A stretch of DNA of 63,764 bases, filler included, from Gonapodya sp. JEL0774 (lineage: Eukaryota), in the NCBI GenBank assembly GCA_027604505.1. It is 3 parts of 3 records of this genome, joined end to end, with 100 filler letters (N's around TTAATTAATTAA, not from the genome) between each part and the next. Parts side by side here need not be neighbours in the genome. Positions count along the whole stretch, not along the records: positions 43,188 to 63,764 come from JADIIX010000248.1; 2 more parts are not named here. The stretch is one strand, 5' to 3'. Made by a program: the position numbers and the translations under genes. Below the pieces are notes generated by a model. It was not told the DNA's origin and searched no databases. It saw nothing but the letters and a program-made list of their open reading frames with translations. Shown here one piece after another: positions 63,701 through 63,764 of the stretch. Position 1 is the first letter of the stretch, and every line of letters begins with the position of its first letter.

Positions 63701-63764
63701 CCAACATTCTGTACTGAACTACGCGATATGCTGATGGCATTTATGGTTCTGCAAGGGCCACGGA

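Noticed and set aside
57850..63764. Scattered ORFs, including a Ser/Thr-rich plus hydrophobic stretch at 62819..63100 (-) and exon-like pieces at 58-59 kb
   Set aside because: No recognisable domain and interrupted by stops, so no product call can be supported.

Overview
Intron-rich eukaryotic genomic DNA with assembly gaps. It most likely comes from an early-diverging (chytrid/monoblepharid-like) fungus; this is inferred from the short GT-AG introns and the Crinkler, Fet3-like, type IIC-like ATPase, kinase-Sel1 and ankyrin-SH3 genes. The window is dominated by innate-immunity-type genes. Bases 1-21.5 kb are a ~9.6 kb tandem amplification: three NLR paralogues alternate with two decayed Fet3-like multicopper oxidase pseudogenes. 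Manual splicing shows that each NLR does not end where the ORF track stops. The NB-ARC/short-TPR exon splices in frame, through a 75-90 nt linker exon, into an array of identical-length 84-nt phase-1 exons, each encoding one 28-aa ribonuclease-inhibitor-type LRR (8, 11 and at least 7 per copy). Copies 2 and 3 also start with a small exon carrying a HET-s-like amyloid motif (GGSARVHIGN). The predicted architecture is amyloid motif-NB-ARC-TPR-LRR, which is unexpected because described fungal NLRs use TPR/WD40/ANK sensors and essentially lack LRRs. The middle of the window holds RtcA, a Pat-like GNAT, a Crinkler-like gene, a P-type ATPase and an ankyrin-coiled coil-SH3 gene. The right part holds a kinase-Sel1 repeat gene, a kinase-PNP_UDP fusion, a PNP_UDP-NB-ARC-TPR NLR disrupted at its P-loop, and a hAT transposon remnant.
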